Positions 36,438-48,829 of a stretch of DNA of 64,000 nt are shown piece after piece. The stretch is from Sphyrna mokarran (taxonomy: Eukaryota). The translations under genes and the position numbers were made by a program. The notes under the pieces are model-generated. The model saw only the letters and a program-made list of their open reading frames with translations, made no database searches and was not told where the DNA came from. Location: the NCBI GenBank assembly GCA_024679065.1, contig JAGIQG010000036.1:12586001-12650000 (forward strand), read 5' to 3'. Within the stretch, counting starts at the first letter, position 1, and each line of letters begins with the position of its first letter.

Positions 36438-37161
36438 ATGCATTCTTCGATACTGTCCTATGCGTTGTCCCTGATCCCATTGGTGGGTAAGTGAAGGGGG
36501 TGCCTGGAGTTATATTGAGCCCTTTGTAATTTGGAGCAGGAATGTTGCAATAATCTGTAAAACGCGTATTCAATCAGTATATAGACAAAGAGAGATAGAA
36601 TAAGTAAATGTAAGTGAAAGAGTGAGAAGTAAATAATCATGAAAGGAAAGAATGTGAAGGACAGGGAGTCATAGGCTGGATTTTTATCGCCCCGCCCGCC
36701 ACAAGAATCGGAGAAGCGAGGGATGGGCAACGGAAATGTCTGTTGACTCGACGATAGCGGCTGTAAAAATTCCATTTAAAAAATAACTTACTGAGCAGAT
36801 TCATGCATCGTATTTCTGAGGGATTGAAAGCCCCTAATTTCTAATTATTGCTCTTTTCTTTCGAGGTCTTGGCACGTCTCAGAAGATTGTTCAATCCCAG
36901 CCGTATGTGTCGGTCAGACAGGGCCAGTCTGTGACTATCCCATGCGTGCAACACGGGGATGATGCTTACATGTACTGGTACCGCCAGTACCCAGTCCAGG
37001 GACTCCAGAATATCTTGCATGCTGTACACATGGACAACCCGAGCAGGTCGGACGGGATCCCGAAGAGATTTTTCGCCAAGAAGACGCCAGCTGGCAACTT
37101 CGATCTAACCATAGGGCAACTGCAGCCGAACGACACGGCTGTGTATTTCTGTGCAGTGAAG
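36438..37161 (+). CDS. TRBV: TCR V segment V10 (CAVK singleton, probably Vbeta), apparently functional: leader 36438-36486, V exon 36866-37161
   Basis: MHSSILSYALSLIPLV|GLGTSQKIVQSQPYVSVRQGQSVTIPCVQHGDDAYMYWYRQYPVQGLQNIL..DTAVYFCAVK. Donor GTAAGT; the acceptor is GAG after a pyrimidine tract. Confidence 0.88.
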
Positions 37162-37200
37162 CACAGAGACGCAGTGGGGCTGAACCGTGGAACAAAAACC
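37162..37200 (+). other. 23-RSS of V10
   Basis: CACAGAG, 23 nt, ACAAAAACC 37192-37200. Confidence 0.95.
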
Positions 37201-39804
37201 AACCCGTCTCAAACACGACCACTTTATGTGCTTTGATGATATGGAGGGCAGAGCTCAGCATGGAGAAATCTAGCTATCAATGGCAGACAGAAAACTAGCT
37301 AGCTTCTATCTATCATCGACCTCCCGTTTATTATCTCTCTACCTAATTATCTGATTGTCTGTTTATCTCCTGGCTATCCATTATGTATCTAACTCTCTCT
37401 ATCTCAATGATTGAAGTTTGTACTAATTATTGAGTTATTAATTAAAGTGGCAAATGCGAGGTCACTTTTAACATTTAAGAAAAGCTTGGACGGGTTGATA
37501 GATGAGAAGATGTGGAGGGATATGGTTCAAGTGCAGGTCAGTGGGACTAGGCAAAAAATGGCTCGGCACAGACAAGAAGGGCCAAAAGGACCTGTAATTT
37601 TCTATGGTTCTATAGTCCTATTAACTGGGAAGCTTTATCAAAGTAGATATTATTCTTCAATTAAGATGCCAACTATATTTTTACAATCGTGCTATTGTGA
37701 TAAGCACATCAACATGTTATAGTAACAACAAGGGATATGCAGATTTTGATAAAATCATAGAACGTATAAAACCATACGAGGCCATTCCGCCTACAGTATC
37801 TATACTAGCCTTTTAAAGCACAATGCAAATAGCCCTCTTGAGATGCCTCTGCAATCCTTCCATTTGACAAAGTGATTCTAATTACCTCTCCCAGTTACAT
37901 CACAATATTCTCCTTTAGTTCCCAAACCATTCGCGATTTCTCCTTATTCACACTACCATTAAAGTCCCTGATTCTGCTGCCAAATCTGCCCTTCATCTTT
38001 TGAGTTGTATGGAGAAAACCACAGGTTTCTCAAGTCGCTACACAAAATGAAATCCTTCATCGTTTTACTATTCTGGAGAATCTCGGCCGAGCCTCCCCTG
38101 TTTTGCTCCCCATACAAACAGAAAATAATTCATTTCAGGATACTTAGATCTCTCTGAGCTTCACATTGTGCAAAGACCTCTGCAGACATGTTCATCAGAA
38201 GGACAGCTGCCTCTTGACTGCGGTCTGAGAATCTGCTGATAACCGTTAACCCACTTTTCTCAGACTCAAGGCAGCTTCTGAAGTGGTTATCAAATAATGT
38301 GTTTTCAGCCAGAAAATAATTTAACCCCTTGATTCTCTTAGCATATCGAAACAGAAATTGCACTTCCTGAACTAGAGGAGGCCATTCCAGCTATTGAGTC
38401 TGTGCCAATACTCTTCATAAAATCAGTCCAGTTAGAAATCTCAACCCTCTTCAATGATCCCTCCCTTTCTCTCGCAGTTCTTCATTAGCTTCTTGGTAAA
38501 TGCTGTTGAATGATTAGTGCCATTTTAAACTCAAACATGTTTTGTGTAAGCGAGGTTCACATGCTCACTACGCTTCAGAGTAACTGAATGGGTTTATTGC
38601 TGACTACTTTTTAGTTAGAATCCCAGATGTGGTCGCTCCTATCCAATTAGTGTGGTACAACCACCCCCACCCCATCTCCGCTGTCCTTTGATCATAGAAT
38701 CCATTTAATATCCAATGTTCTCCCTTTCACACATGTATTCCATTCTCTTTCGAAAGTCATAAGCGAAACAATTGCTTTCATCCTATCAAGCATACGTTCC
38801 AAGTACCAAGAACTCAATGTCTCTCATTACTTTTTCTGCCAACTATCAATTCTTTGGTTCACCACCCTATTACAGTGGAATTATTGTTTCATTGTTAACC
38901 TTATAAAAACCAAATATCATTGTGAGTACCTCTCTTATATCTTTACTTGTCATTCTATACTTTGCCTTTTATATGACACTGCTGAACAGAGATTGGGATG
39001 GAGTGTGAGTTACGCAGCTTGTTAATCGCAACCGGATGCTTCTTATTTAATGAGCTATACAAGAGAGGCCTGAGTGGTCCTGAGCTCATTAGTTGACATA
39101 GTCAAGCAGTATCGAATGAAGTTATCACGTTATGTAAAGTTTATTATCTAATATTAATGTTGTCACTAATTTCATGTAGCTCAAAGTAACAAACTTTTGG
39201 AGAGTTCTGCATTATAATGTAGGTTGTCGCCTTGCTGGTAGGAATTTTGTCTCGAAATCAGGAGATGCAAGGGCCGACTCTTTCTCCTCAGATTTGGGTT
39301 CATCATCTAGGGTAACACTCCCGAGGTTAGTATACAAGGAGTTCGGCATTTTCAGAGATGCTGAATGCAAATAAGATGACTCCCATCTCGTTGGATGTAC
39401 GTGACCCGGGCGGGGTGGAATGTGGGGGGGGGGATGGAATTTGTAGAGCAGGGAACTCCACAGAAGTATATTGAGTCAACATGTATCCTAGAATATGCTC
39501 CAAAAAAGCCCAAATGCACTGCTCGGATATTCAAGTCAGTTATTGGGAGCTCGCTTTGCTTAAATTGGCCACCGCTTTGGCTCCTTCAAAACAATGTCGA
39601 GATTGTATTGTATTATTTCTTGGGGTTAAGATTTGGGATTTTCTGCCTTCGGGAAAGCCGCTTTATGAATGGATGATGTCGTTCCCTCATACATCGTCTC
39701 TGTTTAATCAATCATTGACGAAAACGATAAACTGACGCATGTTTTATTCGGCTGGAATACTCGCCTCTTACGTGGATCAGACACTATCCATACTACTGAT
39801 TAAA

Positions 39805-40005
39805 ACATAGAACATAGAACATTACAGCGCAGTACAGGCCCTTCAGCCCTCGATGTTGCGCCAGCCAGTGGACCCTCTAACCTAACTATTCCAATACCAT
39901 CCATATGCCTATCCACCGACCATTTGAAATGCCCCCAAAGTAGGCGAGTCCACAACTGCTGCAGGCAGGGCATTCCACGCCCTCACCACCCTCTCTGTAA
40001 AGAAA
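39805..40005 (-). mobile_element. Short CR1 3' end
   Basis: (aacatag)n tail, ..cagcgcagtacaggcccttc..gcaggcagggcattccacgccctcaccaccctct. Confidence 0.8.
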
Positions 40006-40301
40006 TTGATTGCGGTACTGAAGTCTGCACGTTGAAGAACACTAGTTATCGCCATATGTTCTGACACAGACAGTGATCAAGTTGGAATTAGAAGCCTATT
40101 TTTATGATGCGGGAGCAAGGGCTATCACCAAGCACAACTCTGCGTTGTTTGAGGTATCAGAATCAGCATAACGCTGTTTCACGTCGATGTGTGGGACGTT
40201 GCTAACCCTCACGCCGCTATCTATTTCTGCGCTGATAGTTTCACCATGTTTGAAAAGGCGGATCCACGGAAATGAAAGCCTGCACACAGGGTTGCTTTAC
40301 A

Positions 40302-40316
40302 CCGCTAGATGGCAGA
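40302..40316 (+). promoter_or_regulatory. CTCF-consensus motif
   Basis: CCGCTAGATGGCAGA. Confidence 0.6.
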
Positions 40317-41042
40317 ATTCGGTAGGTTTTTCTGTTATCATGGAATGATATAGTCGGAGGAGTTCGTTTTGATCACGTCGCTAGCCAGCACTTCCAAAAA
40401 ACTATTCAGTAAGTTCTAGTCTCCTGTCTTTGTCCCATAGCTCTAAGAGAGTACCTCTTTCAAGAATCGAGCCAGTTTCTTCGTTGATAAAATTGACTCA
40501 TTACTGGGATATTGCATTCTAACACTTGTAGGAATACTGACATAAAAAAACTCACCATATCCCAGCTGATTCTTAAATCTGTCTCCTCTGTTGACCGAAT
40601 CTTCTGTCGCTGGAAGGATTTTGTTTTTAATTACAAGACAAAACCCCCAATAATTTTGAAGAACTTGATTAAATCTTCTGCTACAATCTCTGTTTTCAGG
40701 AGAACGATCACATCTTTTCCAGTCCCTCCACATTACCCTCTGATATGGTACTGATAAGTATGCTTTCCACATCGCTCAGAACTTAAAACAGTTCCAAAAT
40801 TATCCTTCCCAGAATTTGGCACGACGCTTCAGCTGAATGGTGACTCCAAATGATTCGGTTGGATCTCCTGCAATTAATCTGCATTTTTAAAATTGAGGTT
40901 GTATTCATTTGTGGCTTCTCATTTGGTGTTTGCATTTCCAAAAATAGATAAATTATCAGGGATCTCTGACACTGAATCTCCCCGTTATTCATTTATATTG
41001 CTCATTGACAGCATTGGATTGAATGTCACTGCTTAATTTCCA

Positions 41043-41057
41043 TCACCAGATGGCAAC
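41043..41057 (+). promoter_or_regulatory. CTCF-like motif
   Basis: TCACCAGATGGCAAC. Confidence 0.45.
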
Positions 41058-41604
41058 ACAATTGGGAAGCATAGTTCTTCAAACCCACCATCCACTCTAT
41101 CATCCAGGCAGGCAATTTAAATGTGAATGATAATTTTCTTGATTATTTCTCCACGCAGAGAGAGAAAGAGCGACTTTAATAATGACTTTGAAACCAATAA
41201 ATTAATTTTAAACGGCTATCCTGGCTGAGATTTAGCATGTTGGGATATTCGGTCAGCTTATAATTAAAAACAAATGCAGGTCGCAAAATTACTGTGAGCT
41301 ATGATCTAGTCTGGGAACTGTGATCTAAGGCTTCCCGTGTTGACCAAATATGGGGAGTTGTTTGCTTTGAGTTAGACCTAATGGCACCAATGTTTTTTTT
41401 TAATTAAATGTGAACTACATGCAATCTGAACCAAGAATAGTAGCGCTGTTTACAAATAATTCCATTGATTGTTCGAGCCATGGGATCCCTTTCCAGTTAC
41501 ACCATTGGCTGCGTGCCGTATCGCCAATAAAAGCAGACATCAAAACAGTTCTCTCTTATACTTAATGTACAGGTTGAACAGTATGCACGTTAGAGAGGTG
41601 ATGA

Positions 41605-41930
41605 GCTAGTGGCATTATCGCTAGACCATTAATCCAGAAATTCAGCTAATGTTCTGGGGACTCAAGTTTAAATATCGTCAGGACAGATGATGGAATTTGA
41701 ATTAAAACAAAAATAACGTCTGGAATTAAGAATCTACTGATGGGCAGGAAACCATTGTTGATTGCCAGAAAAAACACACCTGGTTCACTAATATCTTTTA
41801 AGGAAGACCATCTGTGATCCTTATCTGGCCTATATGTGATTCCAGAGCCACAAAAATGTGGTTGATTCTCATCGGCCTTCGGGCTACGAAGGATGGGCAA
41901 TAAATGTTCATGTTCCATGAATGAATAAAA
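41605..41930 (+). mobile_element. SINE family 2 copy
   Basis: Homologous to 15775-16120; ends gggcaataaatg..ccatgaatgaataaaa. Confidence 0.7.
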
Positions 41931-43064
41931 ACTCAACTTGTAACTTGCGTAGTAGTTTTGAAAATAAATAAACTTATTCCAAATAAACACAGTAAAAAGC
42001 AATGCAAACACTGAGGTGATCGATCAAAACATAGAATCGCGCATTTAGCTCCCATTTAATACCAAGCAAATATGGCGACGAGATATAGATGGGTATCAAC
42101 CATGAGGGTATAGCAACATATTTTCCCGACCCTGCGCAAATGGGCCTGGATGTTGGCATGAAACATTATTTCATGTTAACAAGAGTAAAGTAAACTTTAT
42201 AAAACAAATGATCCTACATGCAATTAACACCTCATATGGCCAGTTATGGGACAATGGAAAATGGTGACTATCAGCCCAAGAAGCCAATTAGAAACTAGTC
42301 ATATCCAACTAGGCCATCGACTCATTTAGACCAATCAAAATGTAACAACGTTATTGATTACGCTGTGGATAATGGCTTTGATTGAGTTAATAAGCGAAGC
42401 TTTTTACTGATCATATTGCACAACAAATATCTGCGGCCCACAAAGAAGTACAGGTTATGAGGAGAAAACGGGGATCTACTGCCAACCTGTTCCAAAAACG
42501 GAACAGAAATTGAGAGCCGTAGTACGTTAGTCAAGTCCCGCCCTGTCTTTGATAAATATAAACCTACAATTTATTAAAGATTTCCTGAGTTACTTCGCCA
42601 AACAATCGCTTGTTGCCTAACTTCATATTTGCACAATTGGCTTTAAGTTCAACTAATGCCTGAAACTTACAGAGCAATGCCAAGAGGATAAGAATGGAAA
42701 TCTGACCATTAATACCACGCTTGGAATGTTTTTGTTCATGACACTAGCACCTAAGAGATAGATTAGAACAGAAGGAATAACCGATCACCGCGTGAGAGCC
42801 GGTTAGAATGCCTCTTCTCCAGCTCCTGCTGCTCTGCTATAAGTAGAGACAAGCATGCGAGGCTATTCTGCCTCTCTGACCTGTTTGTACTGCATGTGTG
42901 TTAGAGTTCCCGATTTGCTGTTTTCTGTGTGGTGATTAGAACAAAAATCTTCACACCCCAAGTCTCACCACCAGGGTACAGGAACGCAACAAGTTGCATT
43001 CCTATGGCTTTCGCGATGATCACAAGGCGTACAGACATTCTTCATGGCTTTTGAATTCGAAGAA

Positions 43065-43575
43065 CCATAGAATCTCTATAACGCAGAAAGAGGGCATTCG
43101 GCCCTTTGAGTCGCTACTGACCAGAATTCCAACCAAGACCTATTTCCGTAACCCCGCACATTTATCGTGTTAATCCCCGTGACATGAGGATAAGTTTAGC
43201 ATAGCCAAACAACCTAACCCGCACATCTTTGGATTAAAGAACAAAGAACAAGACAGCACGAGAAAAAGGCTCTTCGACCCAACGATCCCGCGCCGCCACC
43301 TCGATGTTCCTGCTTCTACCCGTGATCTCTGTCTATGTTTATAGATCTACGCATTGGAACCAAATTTGAGACAATTTAGAGAGAATTTGTTCTGCCAATC
43401 AGCCTAAGAGCACATCTTTGGGATGTGGGAGGAAACAGGAGCACCCGGAGGGAATCCACGCAGAGAGGGGGAAGAATGCGCCAATTCTACATAGACAGAG
43501 ACCAGAGGCTGGAATTGAACCTGGATCCCTGGGGCTGTGAGACAGCAATGCTGAGCACTGTGCCACCGTGCCGCC
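43065..43575 (-). mobile_element. HE1-like SINE pieces with an intervening CR1 tail
   Basis: SINE tail and core 43065-43235, (aagaaca)n CR1 tail ~43237-43340, SINE core and head 43390-43575. Confidence 0.7.
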
Positions 43576-44023
43576 CTTTAAGTGTTACACTTGAAGCTGA
43601 CGATCATTAAATAGTAAAGCTCTGAAGTATACAGGAATAACAGCAGGCAACCACACATTTTAATAAGTTAATCTATGCGTTTAGCCATCTGGGTAAAAAA
43701 ATATAAATAACCTTAGGCGCGTTTACATGTACTGTACCGTCAGTATTCAATTTCTCAACTGATATCATGTAAGCAATCTCGAATTGCGCCTTAAAGATAT
43801 AGGTACCGCATGAATTATAATCGGGGGCTGGTGGGTGGGCAGGGCTGGGGTGTGGGGCGGACGGGCAACTGAGCCAGTAACACACCAGGTTCCACCCACC
43901 GCCAATTTGCAATTCGATACTGATACAGATTAGAATTTCTTACATTTTCGCATTATATTCCACCAGAGCGTCGGAACAAGACGGAACGGAAGTGAGAAGT
44001 AGGAAGGAAACAAGACCGCGTCC

Positions 44024-44033
44024 TGATGTCACT
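44024..44033 (-). promoter_or_regulatory. Vbeta promoter decamer (CRE-like) AGTGACATCA
   Basis: Plus-strand TGATGTCACT equals AGTGACATCA on the minus strand, an exact match to the mammalian Vbeta decamer AGTGAYRTCA. It lies 43 bp upstream of the V11 leader ATG. Confidence 0.65.
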
Positions 44034-44076
44034 TTGAATTTGGTCCAGTTGTATATTCAGCCGCCAAGCCTGCAGA

Positions 44077-45085
44077 ATGCTCTTATCGTGTCTCTTTGTT
44101 ATCCTCTGCGCTCTGCTTTCAAGTATGTATTCCAGGTTTGTAATACTGGCACCAACATTACATCAAAGCTGATCGAAATAGGTTGGAAAAAAACCCGAAA
44201 TGCTATTACATTTTCTACTAATGTCATTGGCCTGATGTTACGTCTTTGAATATTTGCTTAAACTGTGTAGAACATGATATTTTTTGAAATTTGGAAGTAA
44301 ATACATTTTGCTCATGATTTTCTTTTGAGGAAATTACCGTCAGCTTAACAGTTAATGCTAATCAATCGAATCTCTGGTCATTTTTTTTCTCGCTGACGTT
44401 ACTTCGCCATCTATGTTGCACATATCTTATATTTATTTGCATCTATCTAATCATTCAATGTATATATTTAAGTCTGTCTCCCATCTTTTATTTTTACTAG
44501 CTATTTGTTACAGCACAGGAAATAGGCCCTTCGGCCCTACAAAAGTTATCGATATACTTAGTCTACTTATCTGTTATCCAACAATATCCAGCCAGTTACA
44601 TACCTCTTTTTAAATCTACAGATTGGTTGATGGAAAAATCCATCCATTTCTCCATCACTTATGTTTCATAATCTATTTATAGTCTATCTATATGTTTATT
44701 ATTTTCGATCTGTGAATGCTTCTACATATCTGGTTATCATACGTTGAATGGTGCTTTTGTAAATATTCTTCTTTTTTCTCCAGGCAAAACAATGGCAGAG
44801 ATAATCTACCAGTGGCCAAGAGTGCTAACGTCGAACATAGGCGAGCAAGCAGAGCTAAATTGTTATCAGAATGACAGCAGCAAAATGGTTATGCTCTGGT
44901 ATCGGCAGTACGACGGTTATGGTCTCATTCTAATTGGTCATTCTCGAACTGGAATATTACCCACTTATGAAGAAGAGTTTAAGGGCGAGGTGGAGATTGG
45001 AAGGGCCGAGGACAAAAGGAGCACCTTAAAGATCCTAAAGCTTAATGCTGTAGATTCTGCAGTGTATTACTGTGCAAGCAGTGAG
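44077..45085 (+). CDS. TRBV: TCR beta V segment V11 (CASS singleton), apparently functional: leader 44077-44122, V exon 44784-45085
   Basis: MLLSCLFVILCALLS|SKTMAEIIYQWPRVLTSNIGEQAELNCYQNDSSKMVMLWYRQ..TYEEEFK..DSAVYYCASSE. Donor GTATGT; CASS is the classic Vbeta ending. Confidence 0.92.
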
Positions 45086-45124
45086 CACACCGATGAAGAG
45101 TGCATTGGTGGCCGTACACAAACT
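45086..45124 (+). other. 23-RSS of V11 (non-consensus)
   Basis: CACACCG, 23 nt, ACACAAACT. Confidence 0.88.
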
Positions 45125-45519
45125 AACTTTAAAACCGACCTCAAGACAAAATTCTTGGCAAGTGTTGAAGCTTCTCCGCTTGACAAGCTGGTTTACAGCT
45201 GGCGAGCGATACCAACAAGAGCTTGATGACAAGGGAAGTTTTAGGAGGCGAAGGAGAGGCAGAAAGAATATAAAAAAAGTTATTCCCCAGATCTTCGTGT
45301 TCATCCTGTTATGTTTTCATATCTCTTTAAGTGCGCTAAAATCCAGTCAGTGTCATTGTTCTCGATTAGCTTAATTACATGTAATAATTCGTGGTCTAAG
45401 TAGTGCAATACGATACTTCAGTGAAGCATGGAAGAAACCAGCGATAATTCAACGCACCATTTCCGACTACTCAATTTACTCATATTTGGACAATGAATGT
45501 CAGTAATATTGGTTAGGTT

Positions 45520-45805
45520 TAAGTTAATTTATTCATGTCACAAGTACACTTGCATTGAAGTTACTGCGAAAATCACCTCGGCACCGAAATCCAGTGCCTG
45601 CTTGGGTACACTGAAGAAGAATTTAGCATAGTCAATGCACCTCAGCCAGCACGTCTTTCCGACTGTGGGAGGAAACTGGAGTACCCGAAGGAACACACAC
45701 AGACATGCGGAGAACGTGCAGACTCCGCACAGTCGGTGACCCAAGGTCGGAATTGAACCTGGGTCCTTAGCGCTGGTGAGGCAGCAGTGCTAACCACCGT
45801 GCTAC
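45520..45805 (-). mobile_element. HE1-like SINE
   Basis: Near full-length copy, same variant as 14975-15240 and 61250-61528. Confidence 0.82.
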
Positions 45806-46609
45806 TCTACTTTTCAGCATTAGCATCTAGATTCAACACATCTTCGCAATATGTTCAATTTGCATTAGTGCAGATAATAAGTGTCCAATTAATAAACTTT
45901 AAAGAAATGGTAGTGACGGTAAGAATGACCACGAAGCACGAAGTATCATTCAGTTTACCAATGCTCCTTTAATGATGGAAATCTGTTTTCCTTGCCTGCT
46001 GTCTCTTACAAAAGAGGCAGTAATGTTGTTGTATTATTACCGGATTAGGCAATCTTCTGATACGCAAGCCTAAGTCGATAGTGAAATTTTAACTCAATAA
46101 AATCTGGAATTACAAATCGAATAGCTAACTTGAAACTATCGTTGATTGTCGTAATAAACGCTCTGTTTCAGTAATGTGAGGAACTCTGTTGGGGAAGTCA
46201 GTAGTGTAGTGGCATTACCACAAGATTAGTAATCCAGAGAACCAATCGATATGGGCACCCGGTTTCGAATCTCGCCATGGCAAATTTGAATTCAGTAAAA
46301 ATGTGGAATTAAGAGTCCAATGATATCGATTGGCGTAAAAGTCCATCTGGTTCACTAATGTTCTTCTCGAAGTAGTAGTGGCAAGTATTCTCTGGGTAGG
46401 AGAGTCAAACAGCTGTGGCCAAGAGTGCTGAAGTAGCATCATTACTGACCGAGCCAACAGAGACCTGAATGAGATAACTGCAAGATTTGATCTGTGGCGG
46501 GTATTGGGAATAAACAAGAAGGGAGGTGATTTAAATGAGGATTAATTGTTGTGGATCTGGAATCGCATGTAAAGACATAAAGCACAGACGTACAAAATAC
46601 AAGCCTGAT

Positions 46610-47700
46610 CACAGCATTCAGCAATTAAATTCAGTCCATTTGATATCAAGAAGTTGCTGAAGGGACTGAATATTACTAAGGCCAAGGCCCCTGACAAAAT
46701 TCTGGCAATAAGTATTGAGGAACTGTAGTCCAGAGCTGCCTGTGTCCAGATCCAAATGCTCCATCAGAATTATAACACTGGCATTCACTGACAATCGAGA
46801 AACCCTGTTTACAAAAAGGATAAATCCAACCAGCCAATTACTGCCGTGTCAACCTACTGTTGATCATCAGTGAAGCGATAAAGTGTAATTACCATTGCTA
46901 TGATTTATCTAGCAATCATCTGCCCATTGACACAGTTTGAGTTGTACCAGGGTAATTCACCGACTGACCTTATTAAAGCTTTGGTATGAACTTGGTGAAC
47001 TTGGAGAGCTGAGGTGATAATGATTGCCGTTGACATCATGATATTACCTTACTATGCGTGGCATGAAGGAGCATTCGTAAAACTCGTCAATGGAAACCAA
47101 CTGAAATCAGGGGAAACTCTCCTCTGGTCTAAAGCACACGTAATACAAAGGGGAATTGTTGGAGTTGTTCGAGTTCAGTCATTTCCACCACCCTCCGCCC
47201 CTTCCCACCAGGACAATCATTGCAGGAGTTGCCGAAGACATCTCACAAGGCCTGACCTTATTCAACTCCTTCACCAATGTCCGTTCATCCATCGTAACGA
47301 TCAGCAATGATTATGAATGCATAATGTTCAGCATCATTCGCAATTAATCAAATAGTTCAGGTCCAAATGCAGCAAAGCTTAGACAATTTTTAGGCTTAGG
47401 GTGACAAGTGTCAAATAAGATTGGCACCATAAAGATTTTAGACGATGATCGCCAAAGGGAGAGCGCGTAACCATCGCCCGGTCAGATGTCGTGGCACTGC
47501 TCACGCAATCCCTCATGATCAACATCCTGGAGGTTACTATTGAATAGAAACCGAACTCTACCAGCCATATAAATACCGTGGCTGCAGAGGGCGGGTTGTG
47601 CACTTGGAATTCTGAAGCGGTTAACTACCTCCTCACTCCCCAAAACATCTCACCATCTGCAAGGTGTCAGCCAGTAGAAAAAAGGAGTCCATAAATGGAT
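46610..47700 (+). mobile_element. Old degenerate non-LTR retrotransposon RT fragment
   Basis: aaggcc.aggcccctgacaa.att (KA.GPD.I), tccaacc.gccaattactgcc (SNP.NYRP-like), gccgttgacatc..gtggcatgaagg (LDI..WH.G-like). Confidence 0.65.
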
Positions 47701-47747
47701 TGTTCTTCTTCAATTAAGAAGTGCATGTCCAGACTGAAATTATATTT

Positions 47748-48829
47748 CGAAGTAATATAACTGAAGTGATTGATACAGGGAAAGGCCATTGGGCTCTTTC
47801 AACTTGTTAAACAGCAAGGTGTCTTTGTTTTAGTCTCCTTCTCCAAAGGAAATCCGTGTCACTTTTCCCATTTGATCAATTCCTTTAATCCCGTGAAATA
47901 TCTCTTTACCTCCTACAGTCAAAGGAGTATGAATGTGCGTTGATGCTAATAAGATAGAAACGGCTGCTTTCCCGTCTGTTGATGCTGCTCCACACATTCG
48001 TCGCTTATAACAATGGACAAAGTTTCCATCTGCTCAAAACAATTGTGAACACTTGAGACAGGATAAAAATCGGACAGAAATCCAAGTTAATTTCTGGGGA
48101 GCTATCTTAGAATTTCCTCTCTGATCACCTCTACATTCTAAAAGTTACAGCAGAAATTATCCGTTGACCTGCTAATTCAGCACCGTGCGAACATTTGGCG
48201 AGTGGCATTCCTTCCAGAACTTTCCGGAAGCTTATTTGAAATAATTCAGATTAAACTCAATAGCACGAGACGATAAATTGCTCCAGAGACCAGAGGTAAT
48301 AACAATATCCTGAAACTTTACCCGGGTCGAACATCATGGTCCCTGGTCCTCCCTAATCCGGAACTTTTTTTAACGCAATCTCTTCCCTTCATCATATAAC
48401 AAACCCCCATCAGACCAACCTGAGGCTTCTCTACACGAAGGCGCAGACAGACCGCCAGCTCTGTAGCCTATATCAAAGTTACGGATTCGTTAGGCCAAGA
48501 AAGAGGCCATTGAATACTTTGAGCCCAAGTCTGCTCTACATGGAGGCGTCCAATCGGACTTAACCTCGCTATAAAGCCGTAGCCCTGTGAAGTTAGTTCG
48601 CTCAAAATAGACTTCTTCTATGTCTTATTAGCATCAACGCGTTTTCATGCTCTTTGACCATAGAAGATAAAAAGATATTTCACACGATTAAAGGAATTAA
48701 TCAGGTGGGAAAAGTGACTTGGATTTCTTTTGGTGAAGGAGGGCAAAATAAAAAAGGCCTTGCTGTTTAATAAGTTGGAGCAGCCCATTAGCCTTTTCCT
48801 GTATCAATCACTTCAGTTATATTTCTTCG
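47748..48829. repeat. Long imperfect inverted repeat: arms ~47748-47959 and ~48616-48829, spacer ~655 bp
   Basis: ataactgaagtgattgatacagg..aaacagcaagg..gtcacttttccca..attcctttaatc..gtgaaatatct..gcgttgatgctaataaga aligns with the reverse complement of the right arm. Confidence 0.85.
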
